A stretch of 64,000 bases of DNA from Octopus vulgaris (taxonomy: Eukaryota), in assembly GCA_951406725.2 (NCBI GenBank), contig OX597819.1, forward strand, positions 38,068,001 through 38,132,000, in the 5' to 3' direction. This document shows, one piece after another, positions 1 to 13,995 of this stretch (its first letter is position 1; each line of letters starts with the position of its first letter). A program made the position numbers and the translations under genes. The notes beneath the pieces were generated by a model. That model did no database searches and had not been told where the DNA came from. It saw only the letters and a program-made list of their open reading frames with translations.

Positions 1-1087
1 GTATTTACATGTATCTAGATGGAATAAGGATATTTCTCATAAACACAATGCAATGAAAGGATTGATTTTCTTTTTATTTCCTAGGTTTGGAGGAAGGGGA
101 AGCACCCATGGTCTTTGTAGGTGCCCTCAGACCAGAACTATTGCAAGTCAACATAAGTGCCAGTGAGGACTTCTTTGCTGGATGTTTAATTATCCTTCTG
201 ATACAGCTGCATTCTTTCCATTTAAAACTCCTCCTCCTCCTCCATCATCATCATCGTCATCATCATCATCACCATCACCATCACCATCATCATCATCATC
301 ATCATCGTTGTCATTGCCACCAGCAGCAGCCACTACCATTTAATATCTTTAATTTTTTTCGTGCTGACATAGATTAGACTGGCCTCACTGTATCTTAGTT
401 CTTTGGCAACTGGAACACACAACGACAGAGAAAACTGCTAATTTTTTTATTGTTGTGCATGTCATGCAGAATGTCCTGCTTATCACCAAACAATTTGTAG
501 CATAGACTAACAACTAAATTGTTAAAAATCTGCTTTATTTATTGCTTTGCTCTGGAGGTAAAGTTTGAGTCCATAGCTTTTGCAATCCATCTGGGACAGG
601 TTAATTTTCCAATTGAACAGATATAAACTGATGACTGCATGACTAGCACCAAGAAAATATACTAAGTACAAACAGGGTAAACATGTGTCTCATATCGCAA
701 TAAACAGGAACATTTAAAGTCAATGAATCATCCTCATGGGAAGAAGCACCAGCGTCACAAATAGATGAATACGTAGTAGTTCGAATTGATAAGAGTCTGA
801 ATTGGAAAACATATCAACCATCTATTTATTATCTGAACTTTGAAGTACAATTAGTGCTCTGATGTGATTTAGACATCAAGAGACCAATACATCATCATCA
901 TCATCATCATCACCATCATCACTATCACCATCACCATAACCATCATTAGCATCATCATCATCATCACCATCACCATCACCATTACCATCACCACCATCAC
1001 CACCATCATCACCACCACCAGCAGAATTTATGAGGCAGATTTTCTACAACTGGATGCCCTTCCTGTCACTAACACCTATTTTTTCCC

Positions 1088-1123
<36 letters not shown>

Positions 1124-1130
1124 TATATAC

Positions 1131-1162
<32 letters not shown>

Positions 1163-1244
1163 GCATACATACACACACACACACATACATACATACATAC
1201 ATATATAGAGGTACATGCATGCGCAAATGAAGACACATACAATA

Positions 1245-1530
1245 GGAATACAAAATACAAAATGGCTGACAGTTAGTAAGGAGAGACACACAAATAAGAA
1301 AGAAGAAAGCAAAGGACCACTGATGAGGTCACAGGAGTACGACGAAAGAACTCTGGCCGAAATAAGATTAAGATTAATGTAAAAAATGAATAACACTGAA
1401 GTAACACCAAATATATAGTGCGTGTGTTTTTATTGGCTAAACTGGCAAAATGACCATTCTTAAATACAACAGTGTCTGTTTCAACACACGGTTTCACATC
1501 AAAAATCTTGCAAAACAAATATGTAAATGT
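1245..1530 (-). repeat. Dispersed ~280-bp repeat, homologous to 54270-54510; possibly derived from a Penelope pseudo-LTR
   Basis: Both copies share TTGATGTGAAAYCGTGTGTTGAAACAGAC...AATGGTCAT. Confidence 0.6.
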
Positions 1531-2201
1531 TATAAATTTAATTCTAATGGAATATTTACTCTCAAAAAAAACCTTATTTAATCAATAATGAACAAATTTA
1601 ACAGAATTCCTCTTTGAGCAATTAAAGGTTTAATATTTCTTTGTTATAATAAAATGTCCAAATATTTCTCTTATTGCATGTGCTTATCAATAAGAACTCC
1701 ATGAGACATTCTCTTTCAAATACATACATTCTTCTTACAGCATAAGAAATTTTAATGACAGAATATTTATCCTAGACCATATCAATACTAATCTATATAG
1801 GATATTTGCAGTGCTTTGAACTCTGACAACTCTTCAGATATACTTTACAAGATATAAATCATTTAGATATATCATACCTGAAGACCAAACGCATTAATTT
1901 TATATTGATAGCTGTAGCTCTTAGTTAAATGCATTAAATTATATTGATAGCTATAGTTCTTAGTTAACTGATATAACCTTACAGAAGCATAGGTCACTGG
2001 TCATACCATTAAACAAACGTCTTCACTGGCAATCATAATTATAATTATCTATTCTTATGTATGATAATGTTTGGGTGAACACTTATATCACTAGTAGCAT
2101 TTTCTCCAAATGAGTGGTTTTAATTAAGACTATTTCAAATTGAAAAGCATTATAATTCTTCTTCTGCAGTTTGCATCTCAACCCTCTATATTATACATGT
2201 A

Positions 2202-3106
2202 CAAGGTAACGTCAAAAATTTCCAGGACTAGTTATGTTTAATAAAAATTAAGTTTTAACATCATCTCCTTCAAAATAGTCATCTTATGCAGTAATTCACT
2301 GTGCCCAGCATTCCTGTCACTTTTGGAATCTGGTCTGGAAGTCGTTTTCTGTAAGTAAGTCAAGGGCCTTCTGTGATTCACTCTGGATCTCAACAATGGT
2401 GATAAAACAATGACATTTGAGCTACCTCTTCATCTTGAGAAGAGATGGGAGTCCACAGGTACTATATCTGGTGAATAGGATGAGTGTAGAAGTGATACCA
2501 TGTTGTTTTTGATGAGAAACTCACGAGTGAAGAAAGCTCAGTGAAAAGGTGCATTGTTGTCATGAAGAATTGGATTCTTCATGCTCCACAGATCCAGTTG
2601 TTTTCACCAAATGTCCTCCCTCAAATGCTTCAAAACGTCACAGTAGAACTCTCAATTGGTGGTCTGGCCCTTGGGGACAAATTCTCGATGCACAATGCCA
2701 CATTTCCAGAGATGACACTCATGGTAGGTCTTCCAGGTTGCTCATCTTCTGGGGGGTGTTTTTTCTGCTGTCTAAGTGCTTGTGCCACTCAAAACATCAT
2801 GTATGACCCATTGCCTTGTAGCTGTAAGATTGCTGGAGCATGCACAAGTTCTCTGCAGCAGACTTCCCAAGTTTAACACAAAATTTTATGTTGGCTCTTT
2901 GTTCCTCTCCATGACAAAATCACAGACATCAACATACATGTGATCAGAAAAACACAAATTTCACAATTTGTGAAGTAAACACAGCAATGTCACTCAGCAC
3001 ACCACCTCATAAAGGTCACTGCTAGCATTCACTGTGCATACAACTGTGTACTGCCATCTGTTGGTGCACTACAGAACTAGTTCGGGGATGTTCTGATACC
3101 ACCTCA
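2202..3106 (-). mobile_element. Internally deleted mariner transposon relic
   Basis: Degenerate TIRs. Homologous along its length to the 55086 copy, including the same deletion junction. Confidence 0.8.
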
Positions 3107-3148
3107 TGTGTTTTTGATGTGTATGTCTGTGTGTGTATGTGTGTGCCA

Positions 3149-3197
<49 letters not shown>

Positions 3198-3407
3198 TGC
3201 ATCAATGTTAATATATTTCATGCTCAACATTGTGAGAAGAGAGTGGTACTGATGTCAACATAGGATATCCCTTAATTGAAAAACAGGTAAGGGTTAGCAA
3301 GTGGAAGAACATCCATTTATAAAATCCTACCTCAAGCAAATTTCTGTCCAAACCCATGCTAGTATGGAAAGACAGATGTTAAACAAATGAACACACACAC
3401 ACACACA

Positions 3408-3444
<37 letters not shown>

Positions 3445-3830
3445 GTTGTGGTAGCGATAATGCTGTCACCATTCTAGCATGAATACTAATGATTACTAAC
3501 GAGAGTCACACAATCTCTGAAGATTTGGTAATGCAATTGGCTAATAAGAATTTTCTTATATAACTGATATTTTCATTGTTAATGAAATGCACATAAGATG
3601 ATGTAACTAAATATTTTGTGACCAAATTGTCTTTTTCCCTTTATGCACACACACACACACACACACATTCTGTGAGTATCCTGAATAGGTACATTGTATC
3701 CCTGTATGTCATTAGAAATAACTAAGAGGAGGACCATCTGACAGTAAAACACTAGCTTACAAAACCTTTCCAACCCATGTCAACAAAGAAAAGACAAAAA
3801 ACGATGATGATTTTGATGATGATGATGATG

Positions 3831-3872
<42 letters not shown>

Positions 3873-3937
3873 TGGGAGAGTTTACGAAAAAAACAAAAGA
3901 CGAAGACAGGTGGTGTACAAAATAAACAGATGTATTA

Positions 3938-3979
<42 letters not shown>

Positions 3980-5645
3980 TACCTATATTATAAGTACAGG
4001 CATGGCTATGAGGTAAGAAGTTTGCTTCTCAACGACATGGTTTCAGGTTCAGTTCCATTGCAAGGTAACTGTCTTCGACTATAATCCTGGCTCCCTGACC
4101 AAAGCCTTGAGAGTAGATTTGGTAGATGGAAACTGAAAGAAGCCTGTTGTATATAAATGTGTGTGTGTGTGTTACTGTCTCCTTGCTGCAACATTGCATG
4201 ATAGTTGTAAAGTGAGTGTGATCATCATGCAAGCAGTGTTCTTTGCTTCCAATCAACCAAGACATATGTGGCAATGGGAAAATATTACCTTACTTGGAAA
4301 TATGTGAGGCTTGGCGACAGAAAGGGCATTTGGCTGTAGAGAATCCACCTTGACAAATTTCATTGTACTCATCGAATGGTGCCCTTTTATGTGCCATGGG
4401 TACATAAAAGGGCACCATTCGAGCGTGATCGTTACCAATGTCACTTCACTGGCACCTGTGCCGGTGGCACGTGTAAAAAGATTCAAGCGAGATTGTTGCC
4501 AGTACCCTCTGACTGGCGCCCATGCCGGTGGCACATAAAAAGCACCCACTCCACTCTTGGAGTGGTTGGCGTTAGGAAGGGCATCCAGCTATAGAAACTC
4601 TGCCAGATCAAGAGTGGAGCCTGGTGCAGCCATCTGGTTCGCCAGCTCTCAGTCAAAATCGTCCAACCCATGCTAACATGGAAAGTGGACGTTAAACGAT
4701 GATGGTGATGATTATGTGAGCATGGAAACAAATAGACATTAAAATAGCGATGTTGTTAATATTATTATTAAATTGCTGTTATGAAGTTATTTTTGTTGTC
4801 ATTATTATTATTATATTTCACTGAGGTCAACTTACCCGTTCATCCTTTCGAAATTAATAAAATAAGTACCAGTTGACCAGTGGGGGTCAATGTAATTGAC
4901 TTAACCCCTCCCCTGAATTTGCTGGTCTTGTGTCAAAATATGAAACAGTTACTATTATTATTATAGTATTGTTATTATTATCAAAATATATTGTTAAAAC
5001 AAGTTCTTAAAAGAAAAACAAAATGGAAAAAGAGAAGAAAGACAATGGTAATGCTGAGAACAGTGGTGATGGTCACCTCATCCTCATGCTTTTCCTCCTT
5101 TTTCTTCTATCATCAGGGGGTTCGATAATGGCAATTGTAAAGTCCATACCTAACTCAAGTGTATTATTGATGTATATAATATGAAAGACTTGCTTCCAAG
5201 ACTGAAACTAGATCAAAGACACAGCTGTCCGGGAGATTATTTTCTATTCAAAAGATTAATGGTAGCTTCAATCTATAGAGAATATTTCAAAAGAGGAAGT
5301 CTTATTTGTTTCATTGACAATCTTGATATTTTATATTAAATACATCTATTGATATCAGATTTGTTTAATCACAGTGGGAAAGCTACTTTTAAGTGATACA
5401 CTCACACATACATGCACATATAGTGTTTTCTTCATGCAAAGATACATGGTCTAGTGGATAGGCGTATTTGGTTTGCACTCATAAGATCATAGGTTCAATT
5501 CCTGAACTGAGTAGTGCATTTAGTCTTTGAGCAAGGTACTTCATATCATGTTACTCCAGTCTACTCAGCTGAAATGAGTACCAGTCATATGCTAGTTCAG
5601 CCTTCTCTCTCACCAACTGTTACATCATAGAAGCTCCTCTGGGTC

Positions 5646-5873
5646 GGTGAGCTGGCAGAATCGTTAGCACGCCGGATGAAATGCTTAGCGGTATTTCATC
5701 TGCCGCTACGTTCTGAGTTCAAATTCCGCCGAGGTCGACTTTGCCTTTCATCCTTTTGGGGTTGATTAAATAAGTACCAGTTATGCACTGGGATCGATAT
5801 AATCGACTTAATCCGTTTGTCTGTCCTTGTTTATCCCCTCTGTGTGTAGCCCCTTGTGGGCAGTAAAGAAATA
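5646..5873 (+). mobile_element. SINE family A (Meta-domain-like core GCCTTTCATCCTTTCGGGGTCGAT...AGTACC)
   Basis: 17-bp TSD AGAAGCTCCTCTGGGTC. Other copies at about 15490-15722, 25287-25505, 29145-29368, 53851-54072 and 57490-57718, plus many decayed relics. Confidence 0.88.
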
Positions 5874-6959
5874 AGAAGCTCCTCTGGGTCAAAGATACAA
5901 GGGTCAAGAGCATGTCTATGTCAGCTCACAACTAAATAGGCACCTAAAATAATTAACAGGAACATGGTACATGCTGTCAAGTCATGCTTTCTCATAAGTG
6001 ATGGCTGGCTGTATGCATATTATTGTCTCATTGTAAGATACTACAAGGTATATATGTCGTTGGCAGTGGCATTGGCAACCTTGTTGAAAGTCCCCTTTTT
6101 CCTACAGGCATGGGTGGGACAGTTTGATAAGAACAGATGAGCCAGAGGGATCTGCCAGTTTCTATGTCAGCTTTGGCAGGGTTTCTACAGCTGGATGCCC
6201 TCCCTAGTGCCAACTACTACACAGAGTGTACTAGGTGCTTTTTATGTGGCTCCAGTGAAGTCACCAAATACCTTGCAAGATAAGACCCTTCAAATGAGTA
6301 GAAATTGACTAGAGGAATAAGAAACTATGATAGAGGGAGCAGGAGTCCTGCTGAAGAGTTAAACACATGGCTTACCCCACCTGGAAAGTGAGAGAGTGAA
6401 AGAGAGAGAGAGAATGCAAGAAATGTGAAGTCCAGTTACAACAAGGATATTAGACAGAACAGGAAATACATTAAGTGAAAATAGAGTGATAGATGATAAG
6501 AGATAGAGATTGAGTTGGATGCAATCTTCATCATCATCATCATCATCATCGTTTAACATCCACTTTCTATTCTGGCATGGGTTGGGTGGTTTGACTGTGG
6601 CCTGACAAGCTGGGAGGCTGCTCCAATCTGATCTGGCAAGGTTTCTACAGCTGGATGTCCTTCCTAATGTCAACCACTCCGAGAGTGTAGTGGGTGTTTT
6701 TTACGTCCCACCAGTATGAGTACCAGTCAGGCGGCACTAGCATTGGTCATACTCAAATGGTGCTTTTTACGTTCCACCGGCACAAGTGCCAGTCAGGTGA
6801 CACTGGCTTCAGTCATGCTCGAATGGAGCTTTTTACACGCCACTAGTATGGGTGCTAGTCAGGTGGCACTGGCATTGACCACGCTGAAGGTATTAATTCA
6901 GTGTAGCAGAAAGGGAAGAAAAATAGATGAGTTATGGGAAAAGGCTTAACAGAGCCTCA

Positions 6960-7600
6960 ATTCTACTAAGATGGATGGTTCTTCTCAAGTATAGTGTAAC
7001 ACCATTCATCTCAATTCCCCATCATCTCCTCTGAAACGCTCAAGATTTTGAGCTTTTCAGAAGAGCTGAAAATCTCGAGCTTTTCAGAAAGCTTCACCAC
7101 TTTATCCCACATCTTCCTAGGTCTACCTCTTCCACATATTCCTTCCATGTTTAGCAATCAGCACTTCTTTATACAGCTGTCCTCAGCCATTCACATCACA
7201 TGACCATACCAGTGCAATCTTCTCTCCTGAACACCACATCTGATGCCACCTATGTTCAATTTTTCTCAGTACATGCATGCTGACATTGTACATCCAGTGG
7301 AGCGTACTTGTTTCATTTCTTTCAAGTCTTTGAATGTCCTCTGCATTCACAGCCCAAGTTTCACAGCCATGTAGCATTGCTATTTGCACACAGGCATAAC
7401 ACAATCTTCCTTTCATCCTGAGAGAGGCCTTTTGTTATAAAGGTAAAAGTTCTCTGAACTTTCTCCAGCTAATTTGGTTTCTAGTAACTATACTCTTAGA
7501 ACATCCTCCTCCACTGCTAAATTAGTCACCTTGGTAACAGAAATTACCTACTACTTCCAGGGAGCCTCCTGAGCATCTCAGAACACCTATTTTCCATGTG
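6960..7600 (-). mobile_element. RTE-clade LINE ORF relic (C-terminal part)
   Basis: KGRLCYACVQIAMLHGCETWAVNAEDIQRLERNE motif. Confidence 0.82.
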
Positions 7601-9221
7601 CTCTTTATTAATTTACTTTTGACTAGGCCAAGAAACCATTTTTTTTATAAATGAAGTGGTCTATGTAATTAATTTGAATCAAACACCAATAAATTACTGG
7701 ATTGAATCAAACACAAATATATTACTATTCTTTATGTTATTTACATCATCCAGGGAAATTTAAAGTAAAGTAAAGAGCAACTCTGTGGAAATTTGAATGC
7801 AGAACTAGAGGAGTGAACTTAAATATTGTAAAGGAGTTGGCAACAATTAGGCCACAGAGATATTCTCTACAGGCCTCGAACTTTTAGTAAAAAATTGCTC
7901 AAGTTTAATATGTTTGTGAGCCATTGAGCAGTTGATGACTTTTACGCTTTCATGTTATAACTTGCTTAAACTTTTGCTAATATAAACATTACCAGTTACA
8001 GAAGTGGGGGATATGCAGGGATATTTTTATATGTAAGATATTATATAATATATAAGTGGACCATGGCGAAATATAAAACATTCAAAAGTTAGCCATTACA
8101 AAAAGCAATTGCTGATCCTTGTTTTAAAGTATACTTCTTTACTTTTTACTGACTAACATCAAACATGATGATAAACTCATCACATCAACATCATCATCAT
8201 CATCGTTTAACGTCCGCTTTCCATGCTGGCATGGGTTGGATGGTTTGACTGAGGACTGGTGAGCCAGATGGCTGCACCAGGCTCCAATCTGATCTGGCAG
8301 AGTTTCTACAGCTGGATGCCCTTCCTAACGCCAACCACTCCAAGAGTGCAGTGGGTGCTTTTACGTGCCACCAGTCAGGTGGTACTGATTCTGTTAATTA
8401 CAGTATTTATGTAGCATTGTTTTGTAATGATATCTGTAAAAGCTAATAATGCCCTAGGGTTACCACTCCTCACAGGAATACTGTGTTTGCCCTGTCTGCC
8501 AACTTATCATCCATACAAGGTGTAAATACTGAATGGTGGAAACTGCAGTGTCAGAGATAAGCACTCAAGAGACTGAGTCTATAACTCAGTATCCATTCCT
8601 AGTTACAGTCCTTTGTTAAAAAAATACATGAGTGTCACCAATTCCTGCTTTGTCTGCTCATAAAATCAAATGGACTGACCATCAATTGCTGGGTGTTTCT
8701 AATCAGGAAAGGACAAGCAGCTGACTTTGTATGTATTTTTATATGGCTTAGTTGGAGAGGGTGAAACTCATGACTTTTCTGGGACCCTGAGACCTGAGAC
8801 CTAACCAGAATACTTGCAACAGAAAAAAACTACACTAAAGGTACTAAAGTGTGAAATAGTGATATTGAACTGAGCAATGGATTGTTTACCACTCACAAAT
8901 AGACTGGTCCTCCAACAGATTTTCATATAGTTTCTGTCTGCAAAATTTCCACTCACAGGGCTTTAGTCAAACTGAAACTATGGTAAAAGACACTTGTTCC
9001 AGATGACACCATGCAGTGAAACAACCTGAAGCCACATAGTTGCAAAGTAAACATTACAACCACACAGCAATTTCTGTACCCAGATCTTAACCATACAACA
9101 AATCAGTCATGCCTTAATACATGAGATAAATGGATATATCTGTATTTGACATTTTATTAGATAAGAGAAATGTAAAATCTTTAAATGATAGACATAAGAT
9201 GGTATGATGAAAGGCGCTTAC

Positions 9222-9285
9222 AGTTTGAATATCTTGGTTTAATAAGTTGCTAGCTGATAACTCTTCCTTGATTTTAACTTCTTCC
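9222..9285 (-). CDS. CCDC175: Further exon (EEVKIKEELSASNLLNQDIQT), phase 2 to 0; gene probably continues left of the window
   Basis: Acceptor CTGACTTGACAG, donor GTAAGC, 64 nt, heptad-like sequence. Confidence 0.65.
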
Positions 9286-10531
9286 CTGTCAAGTCAGAAA
9301 TATAATAATTAAGTTAGTGTTGGCATTACTGTAGGTATTAAATACATAATTAGAAAGACTTAGAAAAACATTGTAAGAAAGAGGCGGTGAGTTCGGATCT
9401 TGGGTTGTTGGGGTGTATATGCAAGGTGACACAAGACTGAGAATAATAACAATGTACTATACCACAGATTTCTCTGATTTGTACTAATTTTATTGTTAAA
9501 ATTAATGAGGGAGCCTCTGCATGATCACTTGACCTGGAAGAAATAGTAGTTAAAATTCTGCAAACACCATCCTACTATCTTTGCAATTAATAAAAAAATT
9601 TAGTTTCATAAATGAATTCCATAGCAACCAGAGTAAAAGTATAATGACAAATCAAAACATGGGACAAGGGGAAATATATGAGTTGGAATGCTGAAAACCT
9701 TTGTTCTAGGAATATGACATCTGAAGAAAAGATAGAATGATCATGGATAGAATGTCTTTGATTATAGGCTTGCTTGAAGAAGGTTGACCTGGTTCTGCTA
9801 TAAAAACTGATCAAACAAATCTATTTGTTAGAGGAATGAATCATCATCATCATCATTTAACATTCATTTTCCATGCTAGCATGGGTTGGACGGTTCGCCC
9901 TGGGTCTGGGAAGCCAGGAGGCTGCACCAGGCTCCCCTTCCTAATGCCAACCACTTTACAGAGTGCACTGGGTTGCATTTACATGGCACTGGCATGAGTA
10001 CTTTTGCATGGCACCAGCACCCAAAAGACTAGGATCTCTCAACTGAGAGAGAGAGATGTAAAGGACTTGCCTGTATGAATGGACAGCCATGATGTTACAT
10101 AGACTGGTGCATCTACAATCTTACATTTTCCCTAGATACTCTTACCCATCCTTATATAAATGCAGAGTAGCCATGTCCCTTCTGTATAGCAAGACACCTC
10201 TACTTCTGCTTATTCCAGCTTGTTGCAGGCATAAAATCACCTCTCCAGCCTCACAAATCCTCCCCAATCCCAACTTAGTCAAGAGGGCTTTTCTCTTTTC
10301 TTGTCTTTTTCTATCATGCAAATTACTTGGCAACCCCACTAGAGCTGGTAGCATAAAAAATGTACCCAGTACACACTGTAAAAGCGTTGGCATTACGTAG
10401 AACATCCAGCCATAGAAACCAAGCTGATATAGAGCCCAATGCAGTCCCTGCAGCTCACCAGATTCTCTTCAACTGTCCAACCCACGACAGCATAGAATAT
10501 GAATGATGATGATGATGATGATGATGCTTAC

Positions 10532-10566
10532 ATTCCAAGTCTACTGTTTGCATGGGTTTGTCTAGT
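10532..10566 (-). CDS. Candidate micro-exon (TRQTHANSRLG-M), ends phase 2
   Basis: Acceptor TTTTTAG, with a second AG 5 nt downstream that joins exon 8 in frame. Donor GTAAGC. Its end phase fits the 9285 exon. Confidence 0.4.
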
Positions 10567-10848
10567 CTAAAAACATATATGACTGGTGTTTTACAAATGA
10601 CTAATAGCACGTCTTCTACATTAACTATGTATGTCATCATAGATTTATACCAGTTTCTGCATGTACTTTATTCCAAGATGAATCCAAACGGATAGATTAA
10701 TATGTTGTGCAGTGTTACACCCAAATAACAATATCTGCACTACAAATCCAATAGTCCATGAAATTGGTACCTACAAATTCAATAGTCTATGAAATTGGTA
10801 CCTCATCTTACTTACACACACAAACACACAGATACACACATACAAACA

Positions 10849-10879
<31 letters not shown>

Positions 10880-11303
10880 CCCAATGCACATGCACACACC
10901 CATCTATATATGCATTCAGGCAAAAACACATACTGGCATACATATGCGCACACACACACAACTATGTGCAGATTCAGACATACACATTACATACACACAC
11001 ATACACATATGCACTGCTACATACAAATTCAGACACACATGCACACACATACACATGTGCATACACATACATATGTGCATATACATACACATATACACAC
11101 ATATACGTACAAATTCAGACAAACACACACATACAGACATGCATATATGCATACACAACTATATACAGACTCAGACAAGCACACACTCAGAAACAGACAT
11201 GTACACATACATTCACAGATCTAGACACACATACACACACACACATGCACACACACAAGCACACATATACATATTCACACACACAAACACAGATACAGAC
11301 ATA

Positions 11304-11339
<36 letters not shown>

Positions 11340-11555
11340 CATATAATCATACACGTCTCTCTAATCCAGACAAGCGTGACAATACAAGTACACAATTTGC
11401 TAATGATAATAGACAACATTGATATTTCAAAATATTTGTAAATAAAAATATACATAGCTAAATAAATAAATATTTTGTTTATGTCTGTTCTATAGAGATA
11501 TAAAAATAATATTGTATGACAGAAATGATGTTGAAAGAATTTTAAGAAAACTGAC

Positions 11556-11611
11556 TTCTTCGTTACTTCATTTCTTGACAGCTCCATTTTCAAGCATTTT
11601 TCTGTATTTTC
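11556..11611 (-). CDS. CCDC175: Exon 8 (ENTEKCLKMELSRNEVTK-K), phase 0 to 2
   Basis: Acceptor TATTACAG, donor GTCAGT (an upstream GTAACG donor is also possible), 56 nt. Confidence 0.65.
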
Positions 11612-11704
11612 CTGTAATATAAAATATATACAATCTGCTTGTTATAATAATCTTTTCTAATTAAGGAGTCAAGCTGGCAGAATAGTTAGCACATTGGACA
11701 ATGC

Positions 11705-11926
11705 TTACCCCTTCAGCATTTAAACTGGCCATATCCAGCCAAAATATTCCACCTGTTTTACACTCAAACTGGCCAGATCTAGCCTCTCACTCCTTACAAT
11801 ACCATTCTAAAAATTAACAGCTATCTCATCAAAATCTTAAGGCTACATGATAAAGCAGATTAATTAAAACCAATGTGAATAAATAAGCCTTAATTTGACA
11901 GAATAATGTGAATGTAAAAGGGTTAA
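11705..11926. mobile_element. piggyBac-like MITE family I
   Basis: CCC...GGG|TTAA termini. Homologous to 56700-56914. Confidence 0.7.
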
Positions 11927-13995
11927 ACCTCTACCTTTGAGTAATGATTCTATCTGTAGGAGAATTGATGAAATGCCAGGTCATATCGAAGACGTACCAA
12001 TTCAAAGATTGAAAACAACGAACTTTTCTATTCAAATTGACAAAAGCAATTTGGGGTATGGACGATATTTTGATAGAAACTGTGTATTACAAGAAGATTT
12101 ATTATTTGTAAAATTGATAGAGACTGATACAACTGATATTTTCTGCAGTGAAAACGGTTTTTGAAGAAAATGAAATTCCATATTATGAAAATTTGGTTTC
12201 ATGTGCTACTGATGGTGCAATGTCTATGGTTGGGAGACACAAAGGATTTATCTCTCATTTAAAAAGTTGCGCCCTGAAATTCTAGTAATACACTGTGTGC
12301 TACACAAGCTTAACCTCGTGGCCAAAAATATAAGCCCTATTCTAAATCAGTCATTGAACGCTCTTATAAAAACAATAAACAAAGTTAAATCTAACAGTAA
12401 GTGTAACCGTCTGTTTTGAAAATTTTGTGCTGATGCTGACAAACAATATATAAGACTTCTTTTGCATACTGATGTCCATTAGCTATCCAAATGCAACTGC
12501 TTGGAAAGATTTGTAAACTTATTTAATACAATAGTTGTATTCTTACAAACAGTAGGATACTCAGACTTAGCCATCGAAGTTTAAGCTTGGATTTTTCGTA
12601 AGCCAAATGAGGTCTCTCTTCTGCTGAATGGAAAAATGATAATGCTGATAGATTATAAATGAGTAATGAGAGTTTTCGTTGAAAAACGCAATCTTTTCCA
12701 ATTTAATTTAAAACTAAGACAGTTTCATAATATGCCCGAACTAGTGGAAATTGACTGATGTGAAAATGACATTGGTATTTATTGCAACCATCTGTCTGCC
12801 TTGAAAAATGATTTAGAAACCAGATTTGCCAATTTATTTAACTCCACTATTCAGCCATGGATGATTGACCCATTCGATTGTGATTCTCACAGTGCACACG
12901 AAAATATCCAGGAGGAAGTCCATTGAGATGAAATGTAATGATGAGTTTCAAATTAAGTTAAAAAAAGAGAGACTGTCTGAATTTTGGCAAACAGACACTG
13001 TAAAATCACTATATCCAAATTTATGGTCACAAATGTCGAAAAATCCTTTTGTGTTTTCTGACATCATATCTTGTCTAAACTGGTTTGAGTACTGTCAATC
13101 ACATTTTGTGGAAGGAAAGAAACAGATTTGATATTATTTCACGTTGAGATATTCATATCTGTTTGAGTATCATTAAGGCTGACATTTAATTTTTAGTTGG
13201 AACATCACCAATCTTAGGGCTCACACTAGTTAGTCCTTTTCTACATTTAAACTTAGAATAAAGTTTTATTTTAATTCGTTTTTCTTTTGCATTTACATGT
13301 ACAAAAATTTTTTTAATGCTGATTAGTCATAATTACATTATATTTAATTACGTCATATGTAAACAAACATAAGTTTGTTTTTGAAACATTGAAATATATT
13401 GTAGAACAAGTAGAAAGATAAATTTTTTTTAACACATAAATACTGAACAGTATATATAAAGGATAAAATACTTTTAAGAGCAGAAAAATTTGCCAGCAAC
13501 CAGCCATGAGGATTGAACTCACACCCCTCTAATACCCAGTTAGAGTGCTCTACTCTTTAAGCCAAACTGCTGACTGGCGAATTCTTCTGCAATTTTAGAA
13601 GTCATAAATTTATCCAGAAATGCTACATGTCATATAGATTACATCATATGTAAACAAACATAAGTTTGTTTTTGAAGTATTGAAATATATCGTAGAAGTA
13701 GAAAGATAAATTGCAGAAGAATTCACTGGTCAGCAGTTTGGCTTAAAGGGTAGAGCAATCCAACCGGATATTGGAGGGGTGTGAGTTCAATCCTCATGGT
13801 TGGTTGCTGGCAAATTTTTCTGCCCTTGAAAGGATTTTATCCCTTATATATACTGTTCAGTATTTACGTGATGAAAAAAAAATTCATCTTTCTATTATAT
13901 TTAATATTTGTTACCATTTTTTGGTGGGCGATTATCAGCTTATGTCAAAAATAACTTTTGGGGGCAATGACTGGGAAAAGGTTGAGACTCACTGC
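11927..13995 (+). mobile_element. Decayed hAT (Buster/SCAND3-ZBED8-like) transposon
   Basis: Frameshifted translation gives LSNDSICRRIDEM, FSIQIDKS, CATDGAMSMVG, HCVLH and LLLHTDVH*LSK. Buster-like end AAAGGTTGAGACTCACTG near 13995. Confidence 0.88.
13347..13894. repeat. Direct-plus-inverted repeat (A-B'-A-B) containing a tRNA-like segment; probably Penelope-derived
   Basis: A at 13347-13423 and 13638-13712. B at 13709-13894, with an inverted copy at 13410-13594. Confidence 0.7.

Noticed and set aside
85-377. Plus-strand ORF after a good pyrimidine tract and AG
   Set aside because: It runs into a (CAT)n tract, has no recognisable homology, and cannot be judged at the window edge.
1891-1970. 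Short two-copy tandem duplications (40 bp here, 31 bp at 10740-10802, others near 7040, 36415 and 45810)
   Set aside because: Ordinary slippage-type duplications with no sign of function.
9699-9797. Phase 2-to-2 open segment that could bridge exon 8 and the 9285 exon
   Set aside because: Weak GTTTTC donor and an aromatic/His-rich peptide unlike the rest of the protein. Kept only as a fallback.
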